Shown in pieces: positions 1 to 6,781 of a DNA stretch of 33,764 nt. Each line of letters begins with the position of its first letter. Position 1 is the stretch's first letter. A program made the translations under genes and the position numbers. Source of the DNA: a bacterium (GTDB lineage Bacteria > Patescibacteriota > Saccharimonadia > UBA4664); assembly GCA_027449805.1 (NCBI GenBank), contig DAIDKY010000001.1:1-33764 (forward strand). Direction: 5' to 3'. Below the pieces are notes generated by a model. It searched no databases and had not been told where the DNA came from. It saw only the letters and a list, made by a program, of their open reading frames with translations.

Positions 1-126
1 GAAGCATATAGAGAAGCGTTGACTCGTTTTGGCAATGAGCCAGTCCTGTTAGAACAGATCCTGGCTGAGACCGAGGGGACAGCGGAACCACAGGCGGCAA
101 ACAATGTTGTATCACGGGTCATATAA
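1..126 (+). CDS. 3' end of an unidentified ORF running off the left edge
   Basis: Frame 1 is open from base 1 to TAA at 124-126 (…EAYREALTRFGNEPVLLEQILAETEGTAEPQAANNVVSRVI*). It overlaps the next ATG (104) by 23 nt. Confidence 0.3.
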   Translation, partial: EAYREALTRFGNEPVLLEQILAETEGTAEPQAANNVVSRVI

Positions 127-577
127 GGGAGCTGATCAACCTACCGCGCTTTCTTACATGATTTATGATGGTCCCTTGCTCTACGTTCAGCTGTCGTTGC
201 CTCAGGCCCTTTCGAGTCTACTGATAGGTATGGGCCAAGATCAACCGGCGCCGATTGTTGGTAGAACGCTGATTGACACGGGCGCATCGCACTCTGCTTT
301 CGACGCGAAGGTGCTTGCGTCACTCGGCATCTCACCAACCGGTGTGACGGTCAGTAACACAGCTGGAGGCCCCCAGAAGCAGGATACCTATTGGATCCAG
401 ATGACTGTTCCGAGCCACAGCTATACTGCAGAACTTACAAAGGTTGCTGGTGTCGACCTGTCCGGCCAAAAGACCATTACGGGTGAGCCGATCATTGGCT
501 TACTCGGTCGAGACTTCCTGAGTAGCTTCATTCTCGTCTACAACGGTCAGATGGGCCAGTTTACTCTCGCGAACTAA
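104..577 (+). CDS. retropepsin-like (clan AA) aspartyl protease
   Basis: 157-aa ORF. It has LIDTGAS with the catalytic D-T-G at nt 275-283 and a C-terminal GLLGRDFL motif. Both are hallmarks of bacterial single-lobe retropepsin-type proteases. Confidence 0.7.
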   Translation: MLYHGSYKGADQPTALSYMIYDGPLLYVQLSLPQALSSLLIGMGQDQPAPIVGRTLIDTGASHSAFDAKVLASLGISPTGVTVSNTAGGPQKQDTYWIQMTVPSHSYTAELTKVAGVDLSGQKTITGEPIIGLLGRDFLSSFILVYNGQMGQFTLAN

Positions 578-678
578 CATCGCTCGAGAACTGCTTATGA
601 TTGCATTTATACAGTAGGTCTTGGATAATAATACCGAGTCATTGATCTATCCAACGACTAGACCCTTAAGGGGGATAA

Positions 679-1119
679 ATGACGTATCAATCACGTCGTA
701 TGCTCAAGGCGAAGTGTGCGATGCTCGAAGGCCAGCTGAAGTCAGCCACGAATGAGGTGCGTGATCTCGGCGGTGATGTCGAGACTCTCGAGGCAGACCA
801 GCAAGCTCTCGTCAACATCTGGTGGGACCAGGCAGTTCGCGCTCGAATGTCGATGTACATGCAGCTCGGTGTCATCGGCGTCTCCATATTCGCGGCAGCG
901 ATCCTTGGCACCTACCTGTCCTGGCATTTCCATCGTTCGTATCTGCTTGTTCTCGGATGCGCATTCGTGGGTGCCTTCGCAGCCTGTGGTGTCTTCATGC
1001 TGATCAAGAACTTCCAGGACATTCCCGAAGAGCTTGTTCTGCCTTCTGGCGCTACCGTCGTTGTGAGCCCCGAACAAATCCATTCAACCAATCAGGGTCT
1101 AGCCGACGCCCTTCGCTGA
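679..1119 (+). CDS. small membrane protein with an N-terminal coiled-coil-like helix and 2 predicted TM segments
   Basis: 146-aa ORF with RBS AAGGGGG upstream of the ATG. It has a charged heptad-like N-terminus and two hydrophobic stretches (GVIGVSIFAAAILGTYL, LLVLGCAFVGAFAACGVFMLI). Confidence 0.6.
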   Translation: MTYQSRRMLKAKCAMLEGQLKSATNEVRDLGGDVETLEADQQALVNIWWDQAVRARMSMYMQLGVIGVSIFAAAILGTYLSWHFHRSYLLVLGCAFVGAFAACGVFMLIKNFQDIPEELVLPSGATVVVSPEQIHSTNQGLADALR

Positions 1120-1144
1120 CCCCGACGTCCATGTGATCGTCTTC

Positions 1145-1186
1145 ACGACCACGGAGCAACCGAGCTTCCTGGTCGTTTTTCATTTT
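1145..1186 (+). terminator. intrinsic terminator candidate after the 679-1119 gene
   Basis: acgacca (1145-1151) pairs with tggtcgt (1170-1176), and inner pairs may extend the stem. It is followed by tttttcatttt. Confidence 0.55.
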
Positions 1187-1344
1187 CTGGAGGTCTTTCC
1201 AGCAGAATGAGAATCCGCTCCATGAGGTCTGTGAAGCTCAGATCGTGCATCAGTTCGGGCAAAGTATCAGCTTTGGAAAGCTCAGAAAAGTTCGAATAGT
1301 GACTCGTTGCCTCTGCCAAAGTACTTATGCAAATAACCCAAACT

Positions 1345-1360
1345 GGTCTTTTGCTATAAT
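1345..1360 (+). promoter_or_regulatory. extended -10 promoter module GGTCTTTTGCTATAAT (copy 1)
   Basis: TGcTATAAT lies at 1352-1360. The 16-nt string is identical to 2358-2373. The downstream gene has RBS AAGGAG plus an ATG at 1422. Confidence 0.5.
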
Positions 1361-1421
1361 GTCTCACGTGCCATACGGCGCCCGTGTTTTGTCCGTTGAA
1401 AGTCTATACCCAAGGAGAGTC

Positions 1422-2234
1422 ATGAATCGAGCATCGGCCCTACGAGCCCTGGAGATGTGGGATCAACCGTCCTGGGCAAACAAAATGGCAGTCGAGTTCG
1501 GCAGTGATCTTGGTTGCTACGCCGACCCGCAGCCGGATTATCTGCCGGACCTGATCCAATTCGCTGTCGATCATCTGGTTTCCAACACGACCTACCGGTT
1601 GGAGTTCCATGCTGGTATTTTCGCAGCGGTTGCAGCCGGCTTCGCCGAAGAGCATAAGATCGCAGTTCCAGATATCCCCGTAACCATCGCTGGGTCACGC
1701 TGGCTTATCGAGGCCAAGTCGGTCGGTAAGTATCTCGGCAGGATCAATCCTCCCGCCGCACGAATCGTTGCCATCTCCAAGCAGGACGTGTGGCCCGAGG
1801 CCTTTTCGAACATCGTTCATTTGGTCATAGATGCCGCGTTCAGTGCCATTCGTTTCACTAGTATTGAGCTACTCAGAGGCCTCCAGCCTTATACTACCGC
1901 CGGACAATGGCAAGCGACGAGTGTCGCTGTCGAGTCTCTGCTCCTGCTCATGGCGATTGAGCCGAGGACCGCGAAAGCACTTGCATGGTTCATCGATCCA
2001 GACATGGAAGCTCGCTCAGACACGCCAAGTGCAGCCTATGTTGAGGCCGTGAAGCCTGAACTGGCTCATCTCCTGAGCCGAGGATATGTCGTTGATGACA
2101 TTGGGACGATCCGTCGGATGTATCGGAGCCCGCTTCCGCAAGGCTCCTGGTCTATCTCCTTCACAGGTCGCACTAAACTCCTGGATATGTTTCGTGCCAG
2201 TAACACATCTTCTCCACGCATCTTAACTCCGTGA
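1422..2234 (+). CDS. hypothetical protein (270 aa), no domain recognised
   Basis: Long ORF. I moved the start from the track's 1245 to ATG 1422, which has a strong RBS (caAGGAGagtcATG). The 1245-1421 part overlaps the promoter module and reads as non-protein-like. Confidence 0.6.
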   Translation: MNRASALRALEMWDQPSWANKMAVEFGSDLGCYADPQPDYLPDLIQFAVDHLVSNTTYRLEFHAGIFAAVAAGFAEEHKIAVPDIPVTIAGSRWLIEAKSVGKYLGRINPPAARIVAISKQDVWPEAFSNIVHLVIDAAFSAIRFTSIELLRGLQPYTTAGQWQATSVAVESLLLLMAIEPRTAKALAWFIDPDMEARSDTPSAAYVEAVKPELAHLLSRGYVVDDIGTIRRMYRSPLPQGSWSISFTGRTKLLDMFRASNTSSPRILTP

Positions 2235-2235
2235 C

Positions 2236-2272
2236 ACCTCATCGAAGATGATGAGGTCCCTCCGGGGTTTTC
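2236..2272 (+). terminator. hairpin plus T-run directly after the stop codon
   Basis: acctcatc (2236-2243) pairs with gatgaggt (2250-2257). This is followed by ccctccgggg and tttt (2268-2271). Confidence 0.4.
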
Positions 2273-2343
2273 TGTATCAAGCAGTAGCAGTTTGTATTAA
2301 GGTTCTTAATTGAAGTACCGAGCACTACCAAAGTGATTACATT

Positions 2344-2373
2344 AAAAGACCCGAGAGGGTCTTTTGCTATAAT
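2344..2373 (+). promoter_or_regulatory. 9-bp GNRA-loop hairpin fused to extended -10 promoter module (copy 2); leaderless geometry
   Basis: aaaagaccc-gaga-gggtctttt spans 2344-2365. TGcTATAAT lies at 2365-2373, and the ATG at 2380 is only 6 nt after the -10. Confidence 0.55.
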
Positions 2374-2379
2374 AGGTAT

Positions 2380-2751
2380 ATGAAAAGGCATCGGATATTA
2401 CTTCTCACACTATTAGGCTTCAATGCTGTGTCGGCTATTAGCGGCGGAATGGCGCTAATAGCGAATGTTATTAATGAACCGAGCTGGACCACCCATACTG
2501 GTTTTCACGGTTTGTACTTCCCCGGGGTCATACTCATGGCGGTGGTAGGTGGCAGCTCATTGATAGCGGCGTTAGGGGTTTGGAAACGTGCGGTCGGAAA
2601 TTCGCTTATGAGTATTTCGGCCGGAGTTATTATGATCATCTGGATTATCGGCGAAATTGTATCTATCCAAGGAATCCATTGGTTGCAGATTATCTATCTG
2701 GCGACGGGATTGGCTGTGATCGTTTTAACGCCAACCGGACAAGTCGATTAG
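2380..2751 (+). CDS. small integral membrane protein (about 4 TM)
   Basis: 123-aa ORF that is hydrophobic throughout, with four stretches of TM length. Confidence 0.7.
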   Translation: MKRHRILLLTLLGFNAVSAISGGMALIANVINEPSWTTHTGFHGLYFPGVILMAVVGGSSLIAALGVWKRAVGNSLMSISAGVIMIIWIIGEIVSIQGIHWLQIIYLATGLAVIVLTPTGQVD

Positions 2752-3290
2752 CGCAACGTTGACGTACGCGGCAGACAGACGTATGATTTTGATTGACTGT
2801 GACCATTAGCCCGTTGAGGCGACGTGGCGTAGTTGTTGCACGGGTGTGGTGAAAGCTTGACTCAGCGATACGGGTGCGTCACCCAAGGCGCTGAGGCTCG
2901 TGAGTAGGGCCCTTCGACCCGACATGTTCCGGACATTTAGGGGAGTGCAACCTGAGGGAAGGAGTGACGACGGGCCTTTCCGGAGGTCTGGGATCTAGCA
3001 GGGCTGCAAGACGCCAATGAGCACTGTCCCTTCCCAAAGTCTCATGAGCTAAGAGCTCATATGTTCTTCCAGCGAGTGCGTATCGAGACGCGAGCAGGCG
3101 AGCATGACTCTCCCGTAAGAGAGCTGCAACGCTCAATCTACGCCGAGCGCAACCGTGACCGCTGGAAGCTGCTCTGTTAGGTCCGTCGACCGTTCGCCCT
3201 TTTAGGCCCACGACTCGACCCACCAGATGGAGCACCGGTAACCAATCCGACGTCTGCCCCACGATACGGGGCCTTTTCTTTTTCGGATTT
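2752..3290. other. unassigned roughly 540-nt segment: structured RNA, decayed gene or small insertion (unresolved)
   Basis: There is no + strand ORF. The only ORF is a GTG-initiated, Arg-rich 127-codon ORF on the - strand (2879-3262) without an RBS. Several perfect hairpins are present (3044-3060, 3108-3123, 3229-3260). The 9-nt direct repeat cgatacggg at 2866-2874 and 3262-3270 brackets the ORF. Confidence 0.3.
3256..3283 (+). terminator. weak intrinsic terminator candidate (+ strand)
   Basis: gcccc (3256-3260) pairs with ggggc (3268-3272), followed by cttttcttttt. Confidence 0.4.
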
Positions 3291-3381
3291 TTTAAGTTAC
3301 AACAGAAAATGAATCCGTGAGAATAACATCACAAGGGTATATACTTCCTTTTTATATATACATAGCCTAAAATTACCACGT

Positions 3382-3409
3382 GAGCGGCATGAGCCGCTTT
3401 CTGCTTTTT
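3382..3409 (+). promoter_or_regulatory. hairpin plus U-tract 36 nt upstream of purB (attenuator or terminator candidate)
   Basis: agcggc (3383-3388), loop atga, gccgct (3393-3398), then ttctgcttttt. It lies in an AT-rich 155-nt region before the purB RBS GGGAGG. Confidence 0.4.
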
Positions 3410-3445
3410 GCACCTTGATTCAATTCCGACAATAAGGGAGGCAGG

Positions 3446-4747
3446 ATGATTGAGCGTTATGCGAAAACGGCGATGAGCCGGCTGTTTACGGTCAAAGAAC
3501 AGTGGGCGACGGCCTTGCAGGTCGAGGTGGCTGCAGTTGTCGCCAGAGCCCAGTTAGGCCAAATCACTGATGAGGATCGCGATGCGGTGCTCCGTGGTGT
3601 TCCGCAGGAGATCACCGACGAGATTGTCGCCCAGATCAGCGAACGCGAAGCCAAGATCGATCATGACGTAGCGGCCTTTGTGGACGTTATGCAAAGTTAC
3701 ATCGACCATGATGCGTCGAGGTGGTTCCACTACGGGCTAACCTCGGCCGACATCACCGATACCGCTCTCTGCCTTCGTCTGACCGAAGCGGCCGATCTGT
3801 TGATCGGGGAGGCCTACGAGTTGCTTTCGGCTCTGTGCGTGCGTGCACGTGAATTTGCGGATGTTCCCACCGCTGGCCGTACCCATGGGCAGCACGCCGA
3901 AGTTATTACGTTTGGTGTGCGTCTGGCTAACTGGGCCTTTATGGTCGAACGATCAATTGACACGCTTGTTCAGGCTAGAGATGAGATCGCCGTCGGCAAG
4001 CTCAGCGGTGCCTGCGGTACCTATAGCAACATCGACCCCGAGGTGGAGAATATCGTTTGCGGAGAGCTGGGACTTCGCCCGATCACAGCTACTCAAGTGG
4101 TGCCGCGTGATCTCCATGCCAACTTGGTCTACGCATGCGTTCGACTTGGCGGGGCGATCGGACACATCTCGTTCAACCTGCGAATCATGGCCTCGACCGA
4201 ATACGGCGAGGTAGAGGAGGGCAGACGACCGGAACAGAAGGGAAGCTCGGCAATGCCGCACAAGCGCAATCCGATCAAGGGAGAGCAGCTTGACGGTTTG
4301 GCCAGGGTTCTGCGCGGAAATCTGGTCAGTTCGCTCGAGGAAGTCGAGTTACTGTTCGAGCGCGACATTTCGCATAGCGCACCCGAACGGATCGTTCTGG
4401 CAGACACGCTCATTCTGTGCCACTACATGACGGTCACCATGGTAACGGTGTTGTCGCGTCTGGTTGTAAAACCGGCGCGTATGCAACTCAACATCGATCG
4501 CGGTTTGGGCCTTATGTACACGCAGACGGTGCTGACCTCCTTGATCGATCAAGGCATGCTGCGCGACGATGCCTATCGGCTCGTTCAGAGCTTGGCCTAT
4601 CAGGCCATCGAGGAGAATCGACCGTTCCGTGAACTACTCAATGAGTCCACGGAGGTAATGCTCACCAGCGATGAGCTCGACACCATCTTCGACCAGTCTC
4701 GTCTTCTGGCCCACGTCGGCGACATCATCGACCGACTGCCGGCCTGA
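3446..4747 (+). CDS. purB: adenylosuccinate lyase
   Basis: 433 aa. It has the PurB-type N-terminus (ERY…M) and the fumarate-lyase signature GSSAMPHKRNP. RBS AAGGGAGG is present. Confidence 0.9.
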   Translation: MIERYAKTAMSRLFTVKEQWATALQVEVAAVVARAQLGQITDEDRDAVLRGVPQEITDEIVAQISEREAKIDHDVAAFVDVMQSYIDHDASRWFHYGLTSADITDTALCLRLTEAADLLIGEAYELLSALCVRAREFADVPTAGRTHGQHAEVITFGVRLANWAFMVERSIDTLVQARDEIAVGKLSGACGTYSNIDPEVENIVCGELGLRPITATQVVPRDLHANLVYACVRLGGAIGHISFNLRIMASTEYGEVEEGRRPEQKGSSAMPHKRNPIKGEQLDGLARVLRGNLVSSLEEVELLFERDISHSAPERIVLADTLILCHYMTVTMVTVLSRLVVKPARMQLNIDRGLGLMYTQTVLTSLIDQGMLRDDAYRLVQSLAYQAIEENRPFRELLNESTEVMLTSDELDTIFDQSRLLAHVGDIIDRLPA

Positions 4748-4816
4748 CCCGACTTTCATTTATCACTCTGTGATTAATGGGGAAAGGGTTTTTTTATTGA
4801 TTTAAATAAATACAAA

Positions 4817-4825
4817 TGGTATAGT
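4817..4825 (+). promoter_or_regulatory. extended -10 element TGgTATAGT
   Basis: Lies in an AT-rich intergenic region, 45 nt upstream of the GTG at 4870, which has RBS GGAGG at 4861-4865. Confidence 0.5.
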
Positions 4826-4869
4826 AATACCGTTTAGTTCATTTCTATCCAATAGCCTGAGGAGGCCGG

Positions 4870-5949
4870 GTGCAACCCATCAACCGAATTGTTACGCATG
4901 TATCACCGCATCTCGACGAGATCTTCGCCATCTGGCTGCTTCGCCGTTATGGCGAGGAACAGTTTCCCGGAGTGGCCGAGGCGCCAATCGTGTACTGGAC
5001 TGCCGGTATGGAGTCCCGGACCTGGGGCGACTACTGGAACTCCGGGACGTTGCTCATTGGTGTCGGCGGTGGTCCCTTCGACGAGCATCCCGGAGACGGT
5101 GAGGCTCGCAAGAAGAACAAAACAGCCACCAGTCTGGTGGCCGAGTACCTCGGTTTAGCTGAGGTCGAGGCCTTTATGCAGCTGATGCAGTATGTCGTCA
5201 AGAACGACTTGCAAGGCAGTAAGAACGCCTTCGAACTGGGACGCATGGTCACCATGCTCCACAACGAGCACCCGGACGATCCCCAGCGCGTCATCGACTG
5301 GACCACGACGGTAATTGATGGACATCTAAAGAGTCGCCTACGGCTTTTTAGCGAGACGATTGAAGAATACGCCAAAGTTGAGTTCATCCAGCTGCGTAAT
5401 CGCGGTAGGCGCTGCAAGCTGGCGGTCATCACGAGTGACAATGATCAGATCCCAAGCTTTGCCTTGTCGAAGCGTGGCGGTCTAGCCGAGGTTGTCATCG
5501 TGGCAAAGAGCAGCGGCAATGTCGTTATCATGTCGCGCCCTGACAGCAAGGTGATCCTCAAGGATGTCGCCAAGGTGCTGCGCATCGAAGAGCATCTTGC
5601 CAGTGGTTCTAGCGAACCTTTGCCGAGGTGGGATGTTCTGGCAGAGGAGGGGACGCTTCCGCTGGTGCCTGAATGGCACTACTTTAAGGCGGGTGAATCG
5701 CTCTTTAACGGTAGCAAGACGCATCCGGATGTTCCGCCGACACGGCTCGGGTTGGATCGTATCGTTGAGCTGGTCAAGCTGGCGCTGAACACCTCGACCT
5801 TTGAAACTCTACGATCGGATACCTGCAATAATGGCGTCTGCGCTTCGACACAATCTGACCGGTGCCCCTGGTACGACTATGGGCTTTCCCGTTGCCGCAG
5901 CATTCGTTACCATATGCCTCGAACCGAGGTGCATATCCGCACTGAGTAG
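4870..5949 (+). CDS. MYG1/UPF0160-like metal-dependent hydrolase with a Cys-rich C-terminal tail (tentative)
   Basis: 359 aa. THVSPHLDE and GVGGGPFDEH resemble the MYG1 His/Asp metal motifs (THxGxFHxDE, VGGxYD…H). The tail reads CNNGVCASTQSDRCPWYDYGLSRC. Confidence 0.45.
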   Translation: MQPINRIVTHVSPHLDEIFAIWLLRRYGEEQFPGVAEAPIVYWTAGMESRTWGDYWNSGTLLIGVGGGPFDEHPGDGEARKKNKTATSLVAEYLGLAEVEAFMQLMQYVVKNDLQGSKNAFELGRMVTMLHNEHPDDPQRVIDWTTTVIDGHLKSRLRLFSETIEEYAKVEFIQLRNRGRRCKLAVITSDNDQIPSFALSKRGGLAEVVIVAKSSGNVVIMSRPDSKVILKDVAKVLRIEEHLASGSSEPLPRWDVLAEEGTLPLVPEWHYFKAGESLFNGSKTHPDVPPTRLGLDRIVELVKLALNTSTFETLRSDTCNNGVCASTQSDRCPWYDYGLSRCRSIRYHMPRTEVHIRTE

Positions 5950-5979
5950 CCGCTCTAGATTTACTTTAGAGCGGTTTTT
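5950..5979 (+). terminator. intrinsic terminator
   Basis: ccgctcta (5950-5957) pairs with tagagcgg (5967-5974), followed by ttttt (5975-5979), immediately after the stop codon. Confidence 0.8.
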
Positions 5980-6049
5980 ATATAAGTTGCTTCTCAGATC
6001 CCGACCATATGCTCTATACTGTTAATTAATCATAAACGGAACTTTTACC

Positions 6050-6478
6050 ATGCCAAGCAAACTATCGCCCGAACAACGCACTCTGACAGCACACTATCAC
6101 TCAGAGTTGGCTCGTTACAGCAGCGGTCTATTCGCCAGCGTTCTGGTTGCCCTGACCTTCCTTCTGCTCGCCGGCCTGCGCCACCCAGCCACCTGGCTGC
6201 TCGTCTTCTTGTACCTGACTTTGGCTAGTTTCGTCCTAAGCCTCGCCACCTACATGTTGATTCAGCTGCTTAACGCTCGTATCGCCGTCGCTACGGTCAA
6301 GGAGAAGGAGGCCAAATTGGCTAAAGTTCTGAGTGTCGTCCAGATTGCCCAGCAAGTCTTCTTCTTTCTCGGTCTCGTTGGCGTAAGTGGTTTTGCCGTC
6401 GAGGTCATTATGCTCCTCTTCCCAGCTGCCGCAGCCACAAACCCAGCTGCAGGATCCTCCGCTCCTCCTGCCCAATAA
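6050..6478 (+). CDS. small membrane protein (3-4 TM), Ala/Pro-rich C-terminus
   Basis: 142-aa ORF with hydrophobic stretches. Confidence 0.6.
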   Translation: MPSKLSPEQRTLTAHYHSELARYSSGLFASVLVALTFLLLAGLRHPATWLLVFLYLTLASFVLSLATYMLIQLLNARIAVATVKEKEAKLAKVLSVVQIAQQVFFFLGLVGVSGFAVEVIMLLFPAAAATNPAAGSSAPPAQ

Positions 6479-6517
6479 CAACTTGTTTTCGGTCTTTGTT
6501 CGGTATATGATCAATGG

Positions 6518-6781
6518 GTGAGAGAAGTAATCAATCAACCCGTCAGTGTCTTAGCCTCCTTTAGCCATGCTCCTCATGGGGCTGTGGTGGTGGTGCCGCA
6601 TATTATGAAGTGGCGTGATCGACGTTATAAACTTACCCAGATGGGCCTGTATCATCCGGAAAGGCGCGGCCGCAAGCAGGTTCATGTCTTTAGCTTCTTG
6701 GCTGATGATACGACTTTTCGGGTCGAGCTTGATCCTGAGATCCTAGAGTGGACGCTCGTGGAGGCCTACTATGGAACTTGA
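6518..6781 (+). CDS. small hypothetical protein overlapping the start of the Y-family polymerase gene
   Basis: 87 codons from GTG 6518. An alternative in-frame ATG at 6605 is preceded by GGTGGTGG. The stop at 6779-6781 overlaps the polymerase ATG (6771) by 11 nt. Confidence 0.5.
   Translation: MREVINQPVSVLASFSHAPHGAVVVVPHIMKWRDRRYKLTQMGLYHPERRGRKQVHVFSFLADDTTFRVELDPEILEWTLVEAYYGT

Noticed and set aside
1143-1421. A - strand 74-aa ORF (1143-1367) and the track's upstream extension of the + strand ORF (start 1245).
   Set aside because: Both overlap the terminator (1145-1186) and the promoter module (1345-1360). They have no RBS and a non-protein-like composition. ATG 1422 with AAGGAG is the convincing start.
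2752-3290. tmRNA (ssrA): the - strand begins GGGGCAGACGUCGGAUU…, resembling a tmRNA 5' end, with a G3-U pair in a GGGGCA/UGCUCC helix.
   Set aside because: The complementary strand lies only 20 nt downstream, so this is a simple hairpin. There is no T-arm (GTTCRANYC-type loop) and no …CCACCA-type 3' end anywhere downstream. No frame gives a tag ending in a hydrophobic xLAA-like peptide followed by a stop.
2752-3290. RNase P RNA: the size is about right, and there are CCGGAAAGGCC and AACAGAGCAGC strings.
   Set aside because: The universally conserved P4 strands (GAGGAAAGUCC… and ACAGAAnnCGGCUUA) are absent on both strands. The look-alike motifs also occur in the wrong 5'-to-3' order.
3290-3445. 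Purine or ZTP riboswitch upstream of purB.
   Set aside because: I could not find the conserved purine-aptamer junction sequences (…UAUAAU…GGAUAUGG…CCGUAAA…) or the ZTP pfl-motif elements (GGGUCGUGAC…CCGCCUGGGCA). Only a generic hairpin plus U-tract is present.
6479-6517. SOS/LexA operator upstream of the small-ORF/polymerase pair.
   Set aside because: There is no GAAC-N4-GTTC or CTGT-N8-ACAG palindrome. Only a loose direct repeat is present (ttgttttcgg / tttgttcgg).
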